Shown here piece by piece: positions 36,801 to 46,208 of a stretch of 64,000 bases of DNA. Every line of letters starts with the position of its first letter. Position 1 is the stretch's first letter. Under the pieces are notes generated by a model. It searched no databases. It was not told the DNA's origin and worked only from the letters and a program-made list of their open reading frames with translations. This DNA is from Felis catus (lineage: Eukaryota), in assembly GCF_018350175.1 (NCBI RefSeq), contig NC_058373.1:102736001-102800000 (forward strand), written 5' to 3'. A program made the position numbers and the translations under genes.

Positions 36801-39281
36801 AAAAAAAAAAATTAAAAAAAAAAAGCTTTACAGCATTGATATGTGATCCATGATACAGTATTCAAGAAAAACTTCTTCTTTTCATTTGATCTGAATGTTA
36901 CTGTAATTCTTCTCCCATTTATTTGGCTGTGGTAAAGGGTGTCATCTCTGTGGTAGTCATCTTTGTATGGTGACAGATAGTAGCTAGACTTTGGGGGCCA
37001 TTTTGTAATGTATGAAAGTAATCGAATCACTATAATGTACACCTGAAACTAACAGGATATTGTATGTCAATTATACTTCAATAAAAATATGTAATAATCA
37101 CTTGTTTTCCGGTGCCAACCTGTGCAAAATCTAGGGTTGCCAATGGTATTCTATGTTAATGCATTTGGGGATTAAATACAGCCAGTTATTAGTTGATTGT
37201 TTTAAAAAAATTCAGCACTTTTAGCTAGGCCTTAATATAATATCATGCAAATGGGGAGTGGGTTTTGACTACTGGTTAAATCAAATGTCATACTCTCATA
37301 TTTAAGGTCTTTTAAAATTCAGTATGGTTTTAAATGAGATACATTTCAGAACCTCTGAAGTGTCTGCTTAAACTTCTACAAGGTTTACGTGGTCATATGA
37401 TTGTTTCGCATTTCAGATGCAGTTGTCATTCACATCTTCAGAACAAGAGCTAGAGCGATTAAGAAGAGAAAGTAAAGATATTGAAAATGTATGTTATTTC
37501 ATCACTTGTAACCTGTGGACTCATTTTTAGTATTAAGGGTTGTCTTAAGATCTATGTTTTAAGATTTCTTTTATCTAATGATGCAGTTGTTATGCTTTTA
37601 AGAATATCGTGGGTAGTGTTTGAGATGATAAAGTGTTATGTTTGTGTTATAACTTTTCATTATGGGGGAGCATCGTGAAAGGAGATCTTAAATATGTTAA
37701 CTTTTCCTTCTTTGTTGCTTTGCCAGCTGAGAAGAGAGCGAGAACATTTGGAAATGGAACTAGAGAAGGCAGAACTTGAGCGATCTACCTATGTTACGGA
37801 AGTCAGAGAGGTACTTACAATAGACATTTTTCTACCTTCTCAATTTAAATGAAGTTTATAACAGTGATAGTATTTCCGTAGAAGTTGTTTGTGGCGGAGC
37901 TTCCGAGTAGCATACAAAACATGGGATATCATAAGGAGATCAATCTTAAACTCTAAACTTCATTGCAGCTGAAAGATCTGTTGACTGAATTGCAGAAAAA
38001 ACTTGATGATTCATATTCTGAAGCAGTAAGACAGAATGAAGAGCTAAATTTGGTAAGAAGCTTGTTCTCCACTGGGTATCAAGTAGGCTCTGAAAACACT
38101 TGTGTTGACATGTGGAGAAGCCGTCCAGACTTCTTCTCCTTGCTAACCTCTTTAGCTTGGCATTTTTGTAAGTTTAAGATAATCTTCATATTCTGATGAC
38201 TTCCTAAGATGATCTTTCTTTTCTTTACTCCTAAGATGACCCCTCCTTTCTTAGCTCCTAACAATAGCATGTTGGGCTTGCAACTCTTCTCCAGAAAAAA
38301 TTTCTGTGTTTTATAAAACCTGTTTCTTGGACAGCATTATTTTCAGTGAATAAAGAAGTGAATCAGACAGCTAAATATTGGCTGAATTGTGAAGATTGTT
38401 TTCTCAGTTACCATGCTTAACTGGACCTCTTATTTTCTAACCTGGAAGGAGATTATTGAAGGTTGAAGATACGTCTTCTTCATTCAAGGACGATAATTCA
38501 TTCCATATTTTAACTGGTCTTTCTATAGATTATAGATAACAAAAAGCTTGTGAAAAATCTTTATCATTATTATAACATTTAGAGCATAGTAATTCTAATC
38601 TATAGACTTAAAGATAACTAAGTTTAGCTAAATGCCTTATAAAACATAGAGTACCCTGTATTCCCACTCTTAAATTTTCTGGAAATTTACACTGATTATG
38701 ACAAGCTTAGTTGTTAGATAAATAGGACTATCTTGTTGTATGTTTCAAACAATCATGTCTTTCTGTGACTTAAAAATTGTTATAGCACATGACTAGATTT
38801 AAAGTACTTGGATAAACTCTAGGAAGATTATAAGATTGTAAGTTCCTCTTAGCCCAAATTAATCCTGCACAGTTTGGAACTTTCTTATACTGCTGTGTAT
38901 ATCAAAGAAAACTTCTTAACTCACTCGTTTGGCTGGTCTTCTGTGTTACGGCAGTGATTTATGGGAATGAGTTTTCAAAGTAGGCCTCTTTGAAATGCAC
39001 ACATTTGAGCCTTCCCCTACCCTCCCCTTTAGTTTTGAAATAAAATTTTGGTTTTTACTTATCTTTATTTTACTTTAATTAAGTCATTTCCACCGCAGTG
39101 TGTGACTAGTTTTATACATATGCTATTATATTGCACATATGCTATTATATTGCACAGATTGGGACTGAGATTATGTCACAGCTACAAGCCATAAGCCCTA
39201 CCCTACAATGTGTTGTTAAAAAATGTTTAACTACTATTGTTAGAGATCTTACTTTTTAAAAATTTTATTTTTAAGTTTATT

Positions 39282-39326
<45 letters not shown>

Positions 39327-42300
39327 AGGGGAGGGGCAGAGAAAGAGGAAGACAGAGGATCTGAAGCAGGCCTTGCCCTGACAGCAGAAAGCCCAATGTG
39401 GGACTTGAACTCACGAACTGTGAGATCATGACGGGAACTGAAGTTGGAAGCTCAACCAACTGAGCCACCCAGGCACCCCAAGATTTTACTTTTAACTTTG
39501 GTCCTTGGTAGCTGACTCCAACGGTAGTATCGAGCCCATAGGATTATAGTTTAGTCTTCATTTGGCCTGATGTTCTCTTTGTAGTTTTTCCCTACTTCCA
39601 TTAAGAGACCATTTTGAAATGGTATTTGTTTCTTATTTTTGCCTTGAATCTTCATTTGAGTCTTCTTTTTGTTTGCTCAGGATAACTGTTGCCACATTTT
39701 AAGATAAAATAATTTTGTTTTCCTGTACATTGTGTGTTTGGAATAATCTCTCTGATGTACTAAATTAGAGTTAGGTAAAGGAGCAAAAACTGAAGCATTT
39801 GGGTATTTAAATAGAGTTCCCAAAATCAAATTTCCACATGAAAAGTCCCTCACTAATTTTCTCTCCAGTTTGAAGGTTAGGATCTTCTATTTCCCCTTTA
39901 TGGGTCTTGAGGAACTGTTTGGAAATTTAGGCCAATGGGTGCCAGGCAAGGTCAGTTAACCTGCCTGATGACTTTAATAAGAAAGTTATTTTTTTGTCAG
40001 TATAATCCCTTTCCCTTATTATTCATATTTAATTGGAACATTTGTCATGAGAAAAGGCATTATATACTGACACTAGAGTTTATGGAACTTTACAACTATT
40101 TTGACAAAGTGGTTGTTGAGACATATCTTAAGATATCTCTTGTTGTATAATTAGGCCATTGTGGTCTTGCACTGATCTCTTCAGTGATGTTTTAAAGGAT
40201 TATCAACTTCTAAATTTTTAAGTTTTCATTTTACTGTATTTGTAATCTTCTGTTCAATGTCTTTTAAAATATTACACAGTTGACTCTTAACTGGAGAGGT
40301 CAAGAAAGCCTTAAAAAACTAATTAGTAAAATTTCTGACTACTTGCCTTTTAATTTGGAATAATTTAAATATGAACGAAGTACTTAATGAATAGTGATTA
40401 GTAACACTTTTTAAAGGCCCTTTACTGGAATGTGATGGTTTTGTTTTTACATTTGCAGTTTTCTATTCTAAACTCTAGTTTGTTTCTATAGCTTTTCTTA
40501 TATTTAGCTTTACAGATGGGAACCTCCACCGCTTAGCTTTTCTATACATCTGGTGCAGCATATTGGCTAATCCACTGTGCATAATAACTGTTAGCGATCC
40601 CATTCTTTCTCATTCATTCTTCTAGAGGTCTCAGCACAATCAAAGAAGGATGCAGATTAAGTTAACTGTGGTGTTCCTTTATTTTTACAGTTAAAGACAC
40701 AGTTAAATGAAACACTCACAAAGCTTAGAACTGAACAAAGTGAAAGACAGAAGGTAGCTGGCGACTTGCATAAGGTAAGATGCGGCTTGTCCTGAAGATG
40801 CCATATCATCATACTGTGTTGTGCTTTGAATCTTAAGCAAACACACTGCTAATTGTAGATTTTTTTTTTTTTTTGCATATTAATGTGTTTATAAATTGAA
40901 GCTGTTTTACAGTCACATTTTTGGAACAAAAATTTTGGCTTGTTTTTCCATTCTTAATTTGCTTCATTATTTCAACACATATATATATATAAGTACTTGC
41001 TTTATAAAGTATAGATTAAGTTTTAAATTTGAGTGAAGGTACTCTTAAAAATTTGGTTACATCCATTTATTGTTTTGTTGAGATTTGCTTATGTAGTTGC
41101 TTACAAAGTATGTTTCTTTAGATTTTTATAGATCTAAAAGATGTTTCAGAAATTTGTGCCTTTTGTTTCTTTGTAGAAGTACGCTTTCTTTGTCTCATAT
41201 AAATGGGCAGTTTTTAAGATTACATTTCTTTTTACATTAGGTTGACAAGTTATTTGTAATTGTTATTAGATATTTTTAGTAATGCAGCTTACATATGCTT
41301 ATATCAGCTGCTTTAGAGTCTGTGTTTGTGGGAGTCATTAGCAAAACAAATATGTCACTTTTTTAAAAGTTGAGAGAAATATTTTTATTTGTTCTGTATG
41401 ATATAGCTTATAATTGTTATCTAGAAGCCTAGGAATCTATAGAGTACGTTTAGCATGATGGAAAACACATTCTAGGAATTCAGAATAGCTTTAAGTTACT
41501 TTGGTGTTAGTGTTATCAGAACATAAAATGTGAACTCAGGATGTTTTGTATCAGAGCTCAAACTTAGATACGTGATACATTGTCAAGGATGAGCAATCTG
41601 ATTTACTTTGATATGTGCTTTTAATTTTTGACCTTGATCAAAATATACAATGTGCGCTTTTAGCCTGGCAGTTTGGTTTCTCAGATACTAAGGATGTTAA
41701 ACAGGTGCTCGAAGATAAGGATGTGCCGTGTTACTTACAACAGAAATACTGTGCAACATTTGATTGGAAATGCACATAAATATTTATTGATATAAAAAGT
41801 TAACAAAAATACTTTGTGAAACAAATATAAAACAGCATGTATGTTAAAATCCCATTTATATGAAAGTTTCTGCCCATATTTTCTACTGTCGCAAGATGTA
41901 TACAAGAGGGATCTGGACAAGAGAGTCTGGGCAAACCCACTGACTTTTTTAGGATTTGTGGGGCATATATGGTTTCTCTCACATACTCATTTTTGCTGGT
42001 GTGCTTAACACAATGCTTTAAAAATGTAAAAACCACTCTTAGTTTGCGAGCTATACAAAAACAGGCTGTGTCCAGAATTGGCCGATGCCTTATCCAGACT
42101 AATAATAACCTAAATATCAACTGTGGTTACTTCTTTTTTAAATTTCTTTATACATTTTCTGTATCGTTTGAACTTTTCAAACAATAAGCAGTGAGCATGT
42201 GTTTTTATAATCTGGTCAGGGAGGAAGCTGTTTTCATTTTGGAGAGAAAAACAATAGATTGGCTGTACCCGTATTTTGACATGAGCTTTATTTAATCTTG

Positions 42301-43893
42301 TACAGAATATGTAAGAAAATCGCTTATTTTTTTTCTCATATGTTTATCAATTGTAGTATTTCGAGGCTACCATATTGTTTTCCTTACAGGCTCAACAGTC
42401 ACTCGATCTTATCCAGTCAAAAATAGTAAAAGCTGCTGGAGACACTACTGTTATTGAGAATAGTGATGTTTCCCCAGACACGGTATGTGTTTTCTTTAAC
42501 TGCACATCTCTAGGCTAATTAGCTGGTAAATCACGTGAAGAATAAAAAGTGTGCAAGAACCATCTCTGACTTAAAAAAAGTCTTTGTAACGTATGTCCAT
42601 CGGTTACGTTGAATTCTTACCGAAAGCCATCTTTTCTATGATATATTTTATCTCTGAATTGCAGTGTTTTTATTAAGTATGTTTTCACTTTAGCTTAATA
42701 AGGTGTTGTATTCATTTTAATGTTTGTGTTGCAAGTATTATGGTATACTGCTTAAGAGTGTGGACATTGGTAGACTGCCGCCTGGGCTTGAATCCTGACC
42801 CTGCTGCTTAGTAGCTTTGGACAACTTTCCTTAGCCTCTCTGTGCTTTAGTTGCCCCATCTGTGAAAGGCAGTGATAATAGTACCAATCTTGTAGGATTG
42901 TTGAAGGGAATAAATGAGTTCCTATATAAAACACTTAGAATAGTCTGTAACATTTACAGTAGTGCCTAGCTCAGTATATGTGAACTTAACTTTTATTGTT
43001 ATGAATGTGCTTTCCTTTGGTGTCTGGCGAATTTTTTTCTGAAAAGAGAAATGGATTTATAACTGATATTTAGGGTCTAGATTGTTGCCTTTGTTGGCCT
43101 AGTAACATTTGTAACCTAGCTTTCTTTGGTGCAACCTTATTTGCACCCCTAGGTAGCAAACAATATTTCTTTTTTAATGTTTGTTTTTTTTTATTTTTTT
43201 ATTTTTTCAACGTTTATTTATTTTTGGGACAGAGAGAGACAGAGCATGAATGGGGGAGAAGCAGAGAGAGAGGGAGACACAGAATCAGAAACAGGCTCCA
43301 GGCTCTGAGCCATCAGCCCAGAGCCTGACGCGGGGCTTGAACTCACGGACCGCGAGATTGTGACCTGGCTGAAGCCGGACGCTTAACCGACTGCGCCACC
43401 CAGGCGCCCCATAATGTTTGTTTATTTTTAAGAGAGAGAGAGAGACAGAGCATGAGTGGGGGAGGGACAGAACATAGAGAGGAAGACACAGATTCTGAAG
43501 CAGACTCCAGGCTCTGAGCTGTCAGCATAGAGCCCAACGTAGGGCTCAATCTCATAAACCGTGAGATCATGACCTGAGCTCATCGGATACTTGACTGAGC
43601 CACCCAAGTCCCTTGCACACACTATATTTCTTTATGTGGTTTTTGTTATTATTTATTCTCATGTGATTTTCAGTATTTTTCATGTTTGTATTTAAAGCAA
43701 CAATAAAATATTTTCTATTTTGGTTGCAAATGCCTTTTCCTTATTCTGGAGTTTCTCATCACTTTCCCCTTCTTTTTAGGAGTCTTCTGAGAAGGAGACG
43801 ATGTCTGTAAGTCTAAATCAGACTGTAACACAGTTACAGCAGCTGCTTGAGGCAGTAAACCAACAGCTCACAAAGGAGAAAGAACACTACTAG
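1082..43893 (+). CDS. KTN1: Kinectin 1, spliced CDS of the C-terminal half (26 coding exons, 652 aa in window; 5' exons outside window)
   Basis: Manually joined GT-AG exons give one open frame, [16 protein letters not shown]...[13 protein letters not shown]...[10 protein letters not shown], matching the recalled kinectin coiled-coil sequence; intron phases are consistent throughout. Confidence 0.97.
4190..4750 (-). mobile_element. Old L2 fragment, approximate
   Basis: Degenerate L2-like motifs (gaaggactttgtatgc, ttttagatcactctgg). Confidence 0.45.
4806..4960 (-). mobile_element. 5'-truncated L1 3' end, carnivore/L1MA-type
   Basis: poly-T followed by gagatataattgat...tttcaggtgtacagcat; flanking tgttaaa repeats. 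Confidence 0.7.
6197..6231 (+). CDS. KTN1: KTN1 exon, 35 nt ([12 protein letters not shown])
   Basis: ttttag|CCT...TG|gtgaga; phase 0/2. Confidence 0.95.
6646..6736 (+). CDS. KTN1: KTN1 exon, 91 nt ([30 protein letters not shown])
   Basis: tttag|C...AAT|gtaaag; phase 2/0. Confidence 0.95.
7426..7494 (+). CDS. KTN1: KTN1 exon, 69 nt ([23 protein letters not shown])
   Basis: gtaaaag|GCA...CAG|gtagtg. Confidence 0.94.
8125..8162 (+). CDS. KTN1: KTN1 exon, 38 nt ([13 protein letters not shown])
   Basis: ttccag|GTT...GT|gtaagt. Confidence 0.95.
8827..12649 (-). pseudogene. L1 ORF2p (endonuclease, RT, Cys-rich domain) with 2-bp deletion near 9899 and TGG>TGA at 9262-9264
   Basis: ATG at 12649 ([16 protein letters not shown]); CLQETH, GDFN, SDH and FADD motifs intact; repaired length 1274 aa. 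Confidence 0.96.
12700..13594 (-). pseudogene. L1 ORF1p ([10 protein letters not shown]...EILRGTL), +1 frameshift in A8 run at 13248-13255
   Basis: ORF track pieces 13235-13633 and 12700-13041 join into ~297 aa if one A is removed; NICIIGIPE and YPASLSF motifs. Confidence 0.93.
13595..14522 (-). promoter_or_regulatory. L1 5'UTR internal promoter, CpG-rich, YY1-type motif CAAGATGGCGG at 14503-14513
   Basis: High GC and CpG density against AT-rich flanks; YY1 core about 10 nt from the element 5' end; 16-bp direct repeat at 13672 and 13714. Confidence 0.8.
14844..14934 (+). CDS. KTN1: KTN1 exon, 91 nt ([30 protein letters not shown])
   Basis: gtctaag|G...CAG|gtattg; overlaps ORF track entry 14785-14985. 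Confidence 0.95.
15084..15152 (+). CDS. KTN1: KTN1 exon, 69 nt ([23 protein letters not shown])
   Basis: tgtcaag|GAT...CAG|gtaaaa. Confidence 0.94.
16095..16317 (-). mobile_element. CAN-SINE, older subfamily
   Basis: TSD TCAGCTAGGAT at 16084 and 16318. Confidence 0.92.
16437..16474 (+). CDS. KTN1: KTN1 exon, 38 nt ([13 protein letters not shown])
   Basis: tttcag|TTG...TT|gtaagt. Confidence 0.95.
17131..17221 (+). CDS. KTN1: KTN1 exon, 91 nt ([30 protein letters not shown])
   Basis: tgtcag|A...CAG|gtgaga. Confidence 0.95.
17300..17368 (+). CDS. KTN1: KTN1 exon, 69 nt ([23 protein letters not shown])
   Basis: tttcag|GAT...GAG|gtatag; follows a 78-nt intron. Confidence 0.95.
17749..17786. 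repeat. (TG)19 microsatellite
   Basis: Read directly. Confidence 0.97.
17847..17884 (+). CDS. KTN1: KTN1 exon, 38 nt ([13 protein letters not shown])
   Basis: tcttag|GCA...GT|gtaagt. Confidence 0.94.
17931..17968. repeat. Perfect 18-bp inverted repeat with 2-nt spacer
   Basis: TTTTCCAGAAAGCACTTA tt TAAGTGCTTTCTGGAAAA. Confidence 0.97.
18698..18926 (-). mobile_element. CAN-SINE
   Basis: TSD GACACTAAAATT at 18686 and 18927. Confidence 0.95.
19100..19575 (-). mobile_element. Old L1 3'UTR fragment, L1MB/MC-like
   Basis: tttaggtttacagaaaa...ttttccagaatgtcatatagttggaatcatacag motif. Confidence 0.7.
20271..20361 (+). CDS. KTN1: KTN1 exon, 91 nt ([30 protein letters not shown])
   Basis: ttctag|G...CAG|gtgaat. 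Confidence 0.95.
20567..20795 (-). mobile_element. CAN-SINE
   Basis: TSD TGTACTTGTTTTTT at 20553 and 20796. Confidence 0.95.
20914..21109 (-). mobile_element. CAN-SINE, older
   Basis: TSD TCTG(T/G)CTTCAACTTT. Confidence 0.9.
22098..22275 (+). mobile_element. MER20-like hAT fossil
   Basis: cagtggttct...ccccaggggacatttagcaat...gaggccatggatactgctaaac. Confidence 0.75.
22569..22637 (+). CDS. KTN1: KTN1 exon, 69 nt ([23 protein letters not shown])
   Basis: aaatag|GAA...CAG|gtaggt. Confidence 0.95.
23524..23736 (-). mobile_element. CAN-SINE, young SINEC_Fc-type
   Basis: TSD AGTACTCAGTACATTTTT at 23506 and 23737; CpGs retained. Confidence 0.96.
23914..23951 (+). CDS. KTN1: KTN1 exon, 38 nt ([13 protein letters not shown])
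   Basis: taacag|GCC...GT|gtaagt. Confidence 0.95.
24310..24459 (-). mobile_element. CAN-SINE with internal deletion
   Basis: TSD CTGCTTC(C/T)GCATTT; middle segment missing. Confidence 0.88.
24735..24930 (+). mobile_element. MER58-like hAT fossil
   Basis: gtcagcaaactttttctgtaaa...tttgccaacccct. Confidence 0.7.
25553..25643 (+). CDS. KTN1: KTN1 exon, 91 nt ([30 protein letters not shown])
   Basis: gtttag|A...AAT|gtaagc. Confidence 0.95.
26700..26905 (+). mobile_element. MIR
   Basis: Core gtttccccatctataaaatg...gaggattaatgaga. Confidence 0.7.
27641..27727 (+). CDS. KTN1: KTN1 exon, 87 nt, probable cassette ([29 protein letters not shown])
   Basis: gattag|GAC...AAG|gttgta; weak sites; phase 0/0. 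Confidence 0.94.
30970..31059 (+). CDS. KTN1: KTN1 exon, 90 nt ([30 protein letters not shown])
   Basis: ctttag|GAA...TTG|gtaaga. Confidence 0.95.
31942..32158 (-). mobile_element. CAN-SINE within an old L1 remnant (~31640-32700)
   Basis: Typical head and tail; TSD core ACCACTT. Confidence 0.93.
33113..33334 (-). mobile_element. CAN-SINE
   Basis: TSD TAATATCTATT. Confidence 0.93.
34890..34970 (+). CDS. KTN1: KTN1 exon, 81 nt ([27 protein letters not shown])
   Basis: ttacag|AAT...AAG|gttagt. Confidence 0.95.
35752..35841 (+). CDS. KTN1: KTN1 exon, 90 nt ([30 protein letters not shown])
   Basis: ctgtag|GTT...ACA|gtagga. Confidence 0.95.
35970..36062 (+). CDS. KTN1: KTN1 exon, 93 nt ([31 protein letters not shown])
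   Basis: ccatag|GAA...CAG|gtattt. Confidence 0.95.
36088..36505 (+). mobile_element. MER5A-like hAT fossil split by a SINE
   Basis: cagtagttc...gttagaaatgc / ...aagtttgagaatcact. Confidence 0.7.
36163..36382 (+). mobile_element. CAN-SINE, young SINEC_Fc-type
   Basis: 15-bp TSD AGAAATGCTTTTTCT at 36148 and 36383; pure A tail. Confidence 0.96.
36595..36822 (+). mobile_element. CAN-SINE
   Basis: TSD core AAGCTTTACA. Confidence 0.93.
36945..37090 (+). mobile_element. L1 3' end fragment
   Basis: tgtatggtgacaga...tgtacacctgaaacta...gtcaattatacttcaataaa. Confidence 0.75.
37417..37488 (+). CDS. KTN1: KTN1 exon, 72 nt ([24 protein letters not shown])
   Basis: tttcag|ATG...AAT|gtatgt. Confidence 0.95.
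37727..37810 (+). CDS. KTN1: KTN1 exon, 84 nt ([28 protein letters not shown])
   Basis: tgccag|CTG...GAG|gtactt. Confidence 0.95.
37969..38052 (+). CDS. KTN1: KTN1 exon, 84 nt, probable cassette ([28 protein letters not shown])
   Basis: ttgcag|CTG...TTG|gtaaga; poor pyrimidine tract. Confidence 0.94.
39258..39479 (-). mobile_element. CAN-SINE with expanded (GA)n
   Basis: TSD AGAT(C/T)TTACTTTT. Confidence 0.92.
40691..40774 (+). CDS. KTN1: KTN1 exon, 84 nt ([28 protein letters not shown])
   Basis: ttacag|TTA...AAG|gtaaga. Confidence 0.95.
41920..42095 (+). mobile_element. MER58C-like fossil
   Basis: ctttaaaaatgtaaaaaccactcttag...tacaaaaacaggc. Confidence 0.65.
42390..42482 (+). CDS. KTN1: KTN1 exon, 93 nt ([31 protein letters not shown])
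   Basis: ttacag|GCT...ACG|gtatgt. Confidence 0.95.
42735..43000 (+). mobile_element. MIR
   Basis: gcctgggcttgaatcctgac...ccccatctgtgaaa...gataatagtacc. Confidence 0.8.
43170..43613 (-). mobile_element. Nested CAN-SINEs: young copy 43187-43410 inserted in the tail of an older copy
   Basis: Inner TSD TAATGTTTGTTT at 43175 and 43412. Confidence 0.92.
43780..43893 (+). CDS. KTN1: KTN1 penultimate exon, coding part ([37 protein letters not shown]); exon continues to 43900
   Basis: ttttag|GAG...TAC TAG GCA TTA G|gtaagg; stop TAG at 43891-43893. Confidence 0.93.
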   Translation, partial: ESSEKETMSVSLNQTVTQLQQLLEAVNQQLTKEKEHY

Positions 43894-44400
43894 GCATTAG
43901 GTAAGGATTACTGAAGTGTCATTGTCTGTGGGTTATTGACACTGTTTGTGAATGTGTCTGTAGCGTATGCTTGCCGTGAGTACAGAAGCTCTTGTTGCCC
44001 TAATGGAAATATTCCCCCTTTCTCACTCTCTGTACCTCCAGATGATAGCTTTAGGTTTCTTGGAGCTTTATTACCATCTCTTACATATTTTGGTCTTGTG
44101 GCTTGGAGGGGGAAAATCCTTTTATTTTTGCCACCTTTGACCTTCTTATAAAACAGACTCTCTTGTAACTTGTTTACCTAGGTTTTGTTCATTGCATAAT
44201 GTGTGCACCTGTTTCTTTAGTTTATCCTCATCTTCGTTCTGGTACAGGATCTATGTGATTTTTTTTAATGACTTGGTAAAATAAAGTGACTAATGTTTTT
44301 ACTGAGGTAAGATGCTGAATTGAAAATCAGATTATCACAATTTCTTTAAACTGGAAACTGAGTTTTACTTATGTGTGCTTATAGGGTAAAGAAATTCCCC

Positions 44401-44602
44401 TTTTTTTTAATGTTTATTCATTTTTTGAGAGTGAGTGAGTGAGTGGAGGAGGGGCAGAGAGAGGGAGACACAGAATCCAAAGCAGGCTCCAGGCTCTGAG
44501 CCATCCTCATAGAGCCCGATGCAGGGCTCAAACCCACGAACTGTGAGATCATGACCTGGGCTGAAGTTGGAATTTTAACTGACTGAGCCACCCAGGCGCC
44601 CC
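44401..44602 (-). mobile_element. CAN-SINE
   Basis: TSD core AAGAAAT(T/C)CC. Confidence 0.92.
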
Positions 44603-45994
44603 AAGAAATCCCAGTTTTTAACTCCTGAAGTGAGAGTCTGAATTGAAGATAGATAAACCTATCATTAACCTAACCATGTTATGAAATTTTATTGCCCTCA
44701 GGATAGGTTAGGTGTCCTGGAAAAGTTGAGCGGGTCACCATTTTGATTACAGGGGCAGCAGTCTATCTATCTCACTTTTATAGAACGATTGTCTTCTGAC
44801 CTGTCTTGGCATAAAATCTCCTTTAAAATGCTATTTCAGGTCAGTTACCTCTAAAAGACTTTGTAGATAAACCCAGCTCATTATTTTAACCTGCCAGCAA
44901 AAATAATTACTCCTTAATCTTTTATCCTTGGTAAGCTGATCTCTCCATAGCATATAAACTTCTGCCACATTACCTCCCTTCTCCAAATTGGAAAATAACC
45001 TGCTTCCTGTTTCATTGGGAAACTCTTTCTCTCATGTTTTCAGCCTTACTCTCTTTACTGCACATGTTCCTTCTGCAGTCTTAAAAACCTGTTCTGATGT
45101 CTTATTTTAACCTCGTACTTCCTTCAGGATACCACCTTAATTTTGTTTGTTTGTTTAACAGATATTCTTAAACTATTCTCACAGTGTGCACTTCTCTACT
45201 TGCTGTTAACAGCTTCCTCTAGTCTAGAATACCATTCCAGTGAAAACTTTTTTGCTGGGGTCATTAGTGGTTTCCTAATTGCTAGATCTGATACAGGACT
45301 TTCTTTTAATACTGAAAGTATAAGAAAGTATAATAGTTTTCAGTATAAAGAACTGAAATTAGTTATGAAATATGCTAAATATGCTGGAGTCAGTCCATAG
45401 GCCTTTGTGTGATAGGGAAAGGGCTTCATTTTTGAGAGCCTAAAAAATTCCAAGAATACTTACTATCCTTGTCTTTCAACCTTGTCAGTGGCATCTCTCC
45501 GTCATCTCAGAGGTGTTCTTTAATATTTCTTTTTCTTCCCAAACACATGGTTTGCTCATATTAAGTCTTGTGAACCTGTTTCTACATTGGCCTTCATCAT
45601 ATTAAGTTTGAGACTAAATACTGATTAATGGTAGTATAACACTTTTATTTTTCAGATTTGTTTTCTCTGAGGTATGAAATTGTAGTAACTTTTAAAATAT
45701 ATATATCCTGGCAGTACAGCTAAAACTGAGCTATTGTTTGGCAGGTAGCTCCCCTGAGTGCTAACTCTTATCAGCTAATGAACAGAAGTCCAGGTTTGAC
45801 AAGTGAAAGGGTGGTTGAGCATCAGCAGTGCATTGTGAAGGATAGGATGGATTGTATGAAGATCACCGTCCACCAGGCACTTGAGAACTCTGTCGTCTAT
45901 AGGTTCTACCCGGCATTGAAAGTGATAACACTTCCCTACACAACCATTGGTTTCCACAGCTCTTCTTTGTGCCCTTTAAATGTTTATGTTACCA

Positions 45995-46208
45995 GGGGTG
46001 CCTGGGTCGCTCAGTCGGTTGAGCGTCCGACTTCAGGTTATGATCTCATGGTTCGTGAGTTCAAGCCCCTCCCTGTCAGGCTCTGTGCTGACAGCTCAGA
46101 GCCTGGAGCCTGCTTCAGATTCTGTCTCCCTCTTTCTCTGATCCTCCCCCGCTCACATTCTGTCTCTCTCTCCCTCAAAATAAATGAACATTAAAAAAAA
46201 TTTTTTTT
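45995..46208 (+). mobile_element. CAN-SINE
   Basis: TSD AAATG(T/C)TTATGTTACC. Confidence 0.93.

Noticed and set aside
39116..39156. 19-bp tandem duplication (similar small ones at ~7521-7557 and ~53331-53390)
   Set aside because: Ordinary slippage duplications of two copies, with no array structure
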